From Octopus vulgaris (taxonomy: Eukaryota): a stretch of 64,000 nt of DNA. Positions 58,089 through 64,000 of this stretch are shown piece by piece; positions within the stretch are counted from its first letter, which is position 1; each line of letters begins with the position of its first letter. The stretch lies in the NCBI GenBank assembly GCA_951406725.2, contig OX597815.1, positions 64,108,001 to 64,172,000 on the forward strand, given 5' to 3'. A program made the translations under genes and the position numbers. A model generated the notes under the pieces. It made no database searches, was not told the DNA's origin, and saw nothing but the letters and a program-made list of their open reading frames with translations.

Positions 58089-58476
58089 CGCGTGCGTGTG
58101 TACGCGTGTACTTGCAAGTGAGTCTGTATGTGCTTGTGAATACACATAAATGTATCATGCGACAAATTTTTTATTATATGTTTTTATGTGAAGATAAACT
58201 GGAAAGTGATGAATTTTCATTCTTCAAATATTCTTATATGTGCCATAACCTACTTTTTTGACGATAACGTACAGATAAAAAGTTGACCACGTGCGTAGAG
58301 TGTACCATATACTATGTGCGTAGCAACAAAGTTGAATAGGCTTGTGTCTGGTGTATCAGTGATGAAGCACGTCTGTTGAAATAGCAGAACATAAATCACT
58401 GATTCGTTCATAACGCAATTAATTGGGCCCGCGAGCAAATCAGTAGGTTCCAGTTTACATCACAGCAATGACGAAA
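57060..58476. repeat. About 170-bp inverted duplication (57060-57237 / 58308-58476)
   Basis: Near-identical reverse-complement arms with an approximately 11-nt indel. Confidence 0.85.
57796..57983 (-). mobile_element. SINE family 1 copy
   Basis: ctggtacttaatttatcgaccccgaaagg...gtcgacctcggcggaatttgaac as at 2735-2797. Confidence 0.85.
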
Positions 58477-59385
58477 TACCGTTCACGTTATTTCAGTAGA
58501 AAATCACTGTACATCTATACTTACATTTTCAATTAATCCTCATTAAGTCATGTTTCAATTACTCACATAAGAAATAGCTGAGTCCTAGCAACAGTAAGAA
58601 ACTCCTGCTATACACCTCCTCAGCTCTTCCTATGCTGTTTCAGCTTTGAGTTTCTACAAATATTCTACCTTATGTTATTGCGCTTTAGGAAAGTCATTCT
58701 ACGAATTCAAACTCATGCACTGGCTTCATTTACCTTCCGTTCTATTATCAATTAATTAAGTAATTTCTTTATAAATAAACAAATTTTCTAATTAATTGAT
58801 CGTTTGTCAAAATGCTTTCGTCACAGCTTGTGATCTTATCGGTGACGATCACAGAGATTGTGTAAAAGAAGCACATCATAGTTGATAGCATCAGAGATTG
58901 TGACGAAAGAACTTTTACACACTAATTAATCAAATAGTTTATTCATTTTTCCTTTATCAATTGTTTATCTAATTAATTGTTAATAAAACTGAAGTGAAGC
59001 ATAACCAGTTCGTATGCTTTAATTTGCTGTATGACCCTACCAAAGTACAATAACACATGTTTCCACATCAAGAATCTTACAAAACCAATACAAAAACATT
59101 ATACCTTATATTTACACATGAATGTCTTGTAGTTTACTGCTAAATAATTTTCTTTCTCTGTTCCTAGTCAGTAGTCTTACTTGTGTGCAGCTTATTCTCA
59201 ATAACCTACATTTCTATACCATGTTTACTTGTAAAAGGTTGCTGATAGTCGTTATACAGAACCTTATCTGAATCTAATATCAGTTCTCTCTTCCGTGATA
59301 TTAGGTTCCTCTAATTTTCGACAACTTGCAATGAAAACATCCGCGTCTTTGCTATGGGTATTTTTCTTTATTTTTTAGATTATTA

Positions 59386-59453
<68 letters not shown>

Positions 59454-60224
59454 TCGTATTGTTAACTTCCAAGATTGTTTAGCCATGCTAGATAGTGGTA
59501 ATGTTATTTATTACATTCTACAGACTTCTTCAGAATGCTTCCAGATATTTGGTCACGATAGAACGATAGTTTTTCTTTTATTCTGCTATCCACAGTTTGA
59601 AGAATTTTTAGCCAACCTGCAGTTAAGTGATTATTATTTTTATTTTATTACCTTTTTTTCTTGAGTTTCCTTGTCTGAAGGTCAATATATTTGAAAGATT
59701 CTGTATATTCGATTCTGTATATTTTAAGGAATCTATCTTTAATTCAGAATCGCAGTCTAACGAATTTGTTTTACATTTTATTCTTCACGATAGAGAGCAA
59801 GTTTCTAATGTTATCCTTTAAACTGTTAATCTTGTTGCGGAGAAGGTCAGTATATTTTCGTGTTGAGTTCCTTTTACTCTGATCGATAGCAGTTGCTGTG
59901 CTGTCCAATGATAATTGAAGAAAAATAAACACGTCCATGCAATGGTAATAAATCAGAAGTTACCATGCGTGTTAGATATTTCCATGCCACATCGACAATG
60001 CAATATCACTTGTTGTTAATATGGTCGCCGATAACGTAAACGCTTCTCTTGACCCCGGTTGTAAATGGTTTGACCCGCAGCAATATATTGGAAAACAACA
60101 CAACAATTCCAGTTTAAATTCTCTCCGAAGAAATAACAAGAACTTTACCATTTCCATTGGTCTGTGTCAGTATGTCAGTAGAAAGCTAGCGAAAGTGCAA
60201 TGTTGCAATGTTGGTTGCTGTGTT

Positions 60225-60320
<96 letters not shown>

Positions 60321-60931
60321 GTCTTTTTACGGTGTGTTTGTTTCTGTAGATAGTGTGTAGAATATGTTGCCCCTGAAAAAGTTCTTTCAATATTCACACC
60401 AGTTACTAATCAGGTTTGGTAATTCTGCTTAACGAAAACTGTTATCGTTGTTGCTTAGCACAAGTTCAGACGTGTGTGCAGTTATGATCACAGATATTCC
60501 AGCCATGACTATTCAGTCCGAATCTCAAAACATAATGAATCTAGAAAGAAATAATCCAACATATCATCCAGTCTTAAGTTGGTAAAATACGATTTGAGTG
60601 AGATTTGACTGTTATTTCTAACAAGTGAAGCTACCTGCTTAGTTCGTCTCCATCAAAGTTTATTACCCAAGTGATTACATTCCCTGCAAATTTACCATGT
60701 TTCCCATTTACCATTCTCGTGCCTCATGAACTGTTTGTGTTTCCTTTCCAATTTTTTTTCCTTTTATTTTTGCTTATATGAAAATAACCCGGTTATCGTT
60801 GTTCTCGCTGTAGCCGTCGTTAGCCATTGCAATCATTATAGCCATCATCCCCATCGTCATCATCATCGTCATCATTATCACCATTATTGTCACCGTCATC
60901 GTCGTTGTAATCATCCTCATCTACGTCATCA

Positions 60932-60962
<31 letters not shown>

Positions 60963-61563
60963 CGTTGTCATCATCATCATCATCATCACATTTAGATTGT
61001 GTTTCAGGTATTCACGAATACATTTTATGTATACGCACCCATGTTTTGATTTTTTTTTAAATCTCCGTATATTTGCAATTTATTTGTAAATTTATGTAAG
61101 ACTGTCAACTAACTTTAGATACAAAATTGCTAAAACACAATGGCAACCATATCTATTATATTTTAAATCTGATACCCGTAAAAATACAAAGTGAGAAGAG
61201 AAGGAAAGAAAACGAGAAAAGAAATTGCAGTCAGTGAATTATAAACTAACACTGGTAGCCATGTTGACTATGACGTCACATTGCGTTGTAGGTTATGGGA
61301 AATATCGACCAATCAGAGTTAGATACGTGATTATGGACCAAGAACACTGCCAAATGTCACATTACACTTTAACCTCACACTGTTTCCAATCTAAGCCTGC
61401 CAAAACAACGCCTCCAGAAGAAACGGGGTCCAGTTAAAATGAATTGCTGGCGTTTAACCAACGATTTAGACATAGTGATAGTGATGGCAGTTGTGGTGGG
61501 TGAAGCTGGTGGTGGTAGTGGTATGAGTGGTGGTATGGGTGATGGTATGGGTGGTAATTGTGG

Positions 61564-61596
<33 letters not shown>

Positions 61597-64000
61597 CGGG
61601 GATGACGACGACGACGATAATGATGACGAGGTGATGGTGGTGGTTTTGGTACTGGTGGTGATGCTGGTGGTACTGCTACTGGTGCTGGTGGCGTTCATGA
61701 TTATCGTCGTCATCATCATCATAGTCGTCGTCGTCATCATCTTCATCATCACGACAATGAGAATAATGGCGATGATAATGATGAGTGTAGTGGTGGTGTA
61801 TGTGGTGGTAGTGGTGAAAATGATGATGATGACCAGGAGGCGGAGGAGGAGAAAGAGGAAGAAGAGGAGGAGGAAGATGAGGAAGAAGAGGAGGAAGAAG
61901 AGGATGGTTGTGTTTATGGTGATGTAGATTTTGTTGAAGTTGATGATGATGACGATGGTGATGGTGGTGGTGGTGATGGTGGTGGTGGTGATGGTGGTGG
62001 TTGAGGTGGTGGTTGTGCTGCTGCTGCTGCTGCTGCCGCTGATGGTTGTGGTGGTGATGATGACGATGATGGTTATGAAGAAGTTGTAGAGGAAGAGCTG
62101 GCGATAGGAGATGAGGAAGAGAAAGGATGAATATTAGTGATGAGTGCGATTCCCTCTTAACAATCGTCGAGCCCGCCGCCATCACACTCTCCACCACCTG
62201 TTCATTAATAAATATCATTTCATTTCCTATTCTTTTTTCGCCACCTTTCTTTTCCTCTTCCTTAACACCAGCGACCGCTTCCATTATATCACCACCACTA
62301 CCACCATCATCTTTACCCACAACTAAATGGCACAACAAAAATGTGACCTTGACGAGGATTTTATCCCCACCACCACCACCACTATCATCGCCACTACCAC
62401 CGCCATCACCATCTCCACCAAAACCACCACCACCACCACCACCACCCTAAGTTGGAAGACTCTTAGACGATCGTTTAGGCAAAAGCATCTAGCTCGGTCT
62501 CTGTTCAAAGTACAAAAACTGTGACCCGATAACCAACACCACTATCAGTACTCCGAACCCTACACCCACAACTGACATCAACAGCAACAACAACAGCAGT
62601 ATCGTCACATACTCATCCTTATCATTTTCATCCTCTTCGTTACAATCTTTTTCCATCATCATCACGAGCAACACATCCTTCCCAAAATCATCACCATGAT
62701 TACCTTATTCGTCATCATTGTACTCCCCCTCCTCCTCCACCACCTCCTCATATTTCTTCTTCTTCTCCTCCTCCTCCTCTTCCTTTTTCTTTTCTCTCTC
62801 TCTCTCTTTTCAGTTCATTATCCTATCAACAACTAACTGACCACCACGACCACGTAAAAATTACAATCAACATTTTATCACCCTTCCACTATAATCAAAC
62901 GTATCAGATAAGTGTTGCGTTAAGAAATTTCTTCTCAAGGGACATGGTCCCAGGTTCTATCTCTTTGTGCGGCACACTGGGAAAGTATTTCCAACTCTGG
63001 CCTCATTTGCCCTAATATTTTTGTGTGAAATCCCGTCAACAGAAACTGCAAAGAAACCTGCCGTATGCGCGAGCGCGCGCCTGTGTGTGTGTGTGTGTGT
63101 GTGTGCACGTTAATTCGTGGTGTGGCGTGTATCTATGTTGATTTTTCCTGTGATAAATCAGTGGTGTGTGAAAAACAATAACTTAGTCGTTCGAAAAATA
63201 TCTATCGATAAAATGCCAGATTGAGACAAAAGCAGAGTCGATATGATTGACTAAAACCCCGAGAAGAATCTCTCAATATAAGAATACTTTCTAGTAAATC
63301 AACAAAGTGCATAAAATTTTTGAGAATTAAGTTTTTGAACCAAGTTACAATTTTTAAAAATGTTATATATTTAGCCTTACTGTGAACATAGCAGAATGAG
63401 GTTAATTTACAAAGGTCTCGGAATCCAGGAAAAAGATAGAATGGAATGATTTGTTGCTTCTCATCAAAGCTGTTGTCAGGGTCCGTTTACTTTCACGGAA
63501 GAGCCCATAGACAACGGTAAGGATATTATACTAGCAATGTAAGCGCGACTAATCGATTAGTTGACTCGATTTTTCTCAGTGACAACAACCCTTTGATTGT
63601 TTAACCATGGGTCAGTTTTCCCAGTGAAGAAAAGAATAAACAGATATTAAGAATGAATAGATGCGCTATTGGTTGTAAATTTGCTTACAAATTTAGTCTC
63701 ATATACATTGTGTTGATGGTCTTATTAATTAATACACCAGACGAATTTTACACCATCGTGTAAATACGACAGGGCCTAGCTTGACCGCACTTACGTATTT
63801 CATAAACTTGCATCTAATGCAGTCAGTACAAAATTTAGCGCTGCGGATGTGGTAATAAAGAATCTAAAGACCTATCTTTCAGCAATATGACAATATCATT
63901 TGCAACAATTAATGTAAATGATTGGTATTTTACGCTTCATTGCAATTTCTTTACCTTGTATGAGAAATAAAATCGTATTTGCTACTTTGTGAAGCCTAGC

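Noticed and set aside
58335-58390. HHR-like gtgatga...gaaa in the 170-bp inverted arm
   Set aside because: Core is non-canonical and stems I and III cannot be formed.
59450-60010. Lys/Arg-rich minus-strand reading, possibly a Penelope N-terminal relic
   Set aside because: Several stops and no diagnostic motif.
61390-61450. Minus-strand FNWTPFLL resembling GPCR TM6
   Set aside because: Immediately followed by a stop; no supporting exons or clear splice sites.

Overview
AT-rich, microsatellite-saturated eukaryotic DNA. The SINE families and repeat landscape look like a cephalopod, probably Octopus (inference). I find no convincing host protein-coding exon; nearly all short ORFs are translated (TA)n/(CA)n/(TACA)n/(AAT)n tracts. 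The window is a stack of transposable elements: a near-complete IR/DR Tc1 element (DD34E), a mariner deletion derivative, several TA-flanked MITE/foldback elements (one carrying CCCTAA repeats), a CR1-type LINE, six co-oriented R4/Dong-like RLE retrotransposon pieces at 37.7-55 kb, HERO-, RTE- and Helentron-like fragments, many tRNA-derived SINEs, and two Penelope-like (Naiad-type) GIY-YIG fragments. The main signal is a set of type-I hammerhead ribozyme (HHR) motifs, read by eye, in several non-coding units embedded in (TA)n. The clearest is a very young 535-bp HHR-bearing unit present as about 2.1 tandem copies plus about 1.1 inverted copies (8.5-10.2 kb), directly beside a 310-bp inverted repeat with a different HHR. 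This points to a diverse retrozyme-like or non-autonomous Penelope system.
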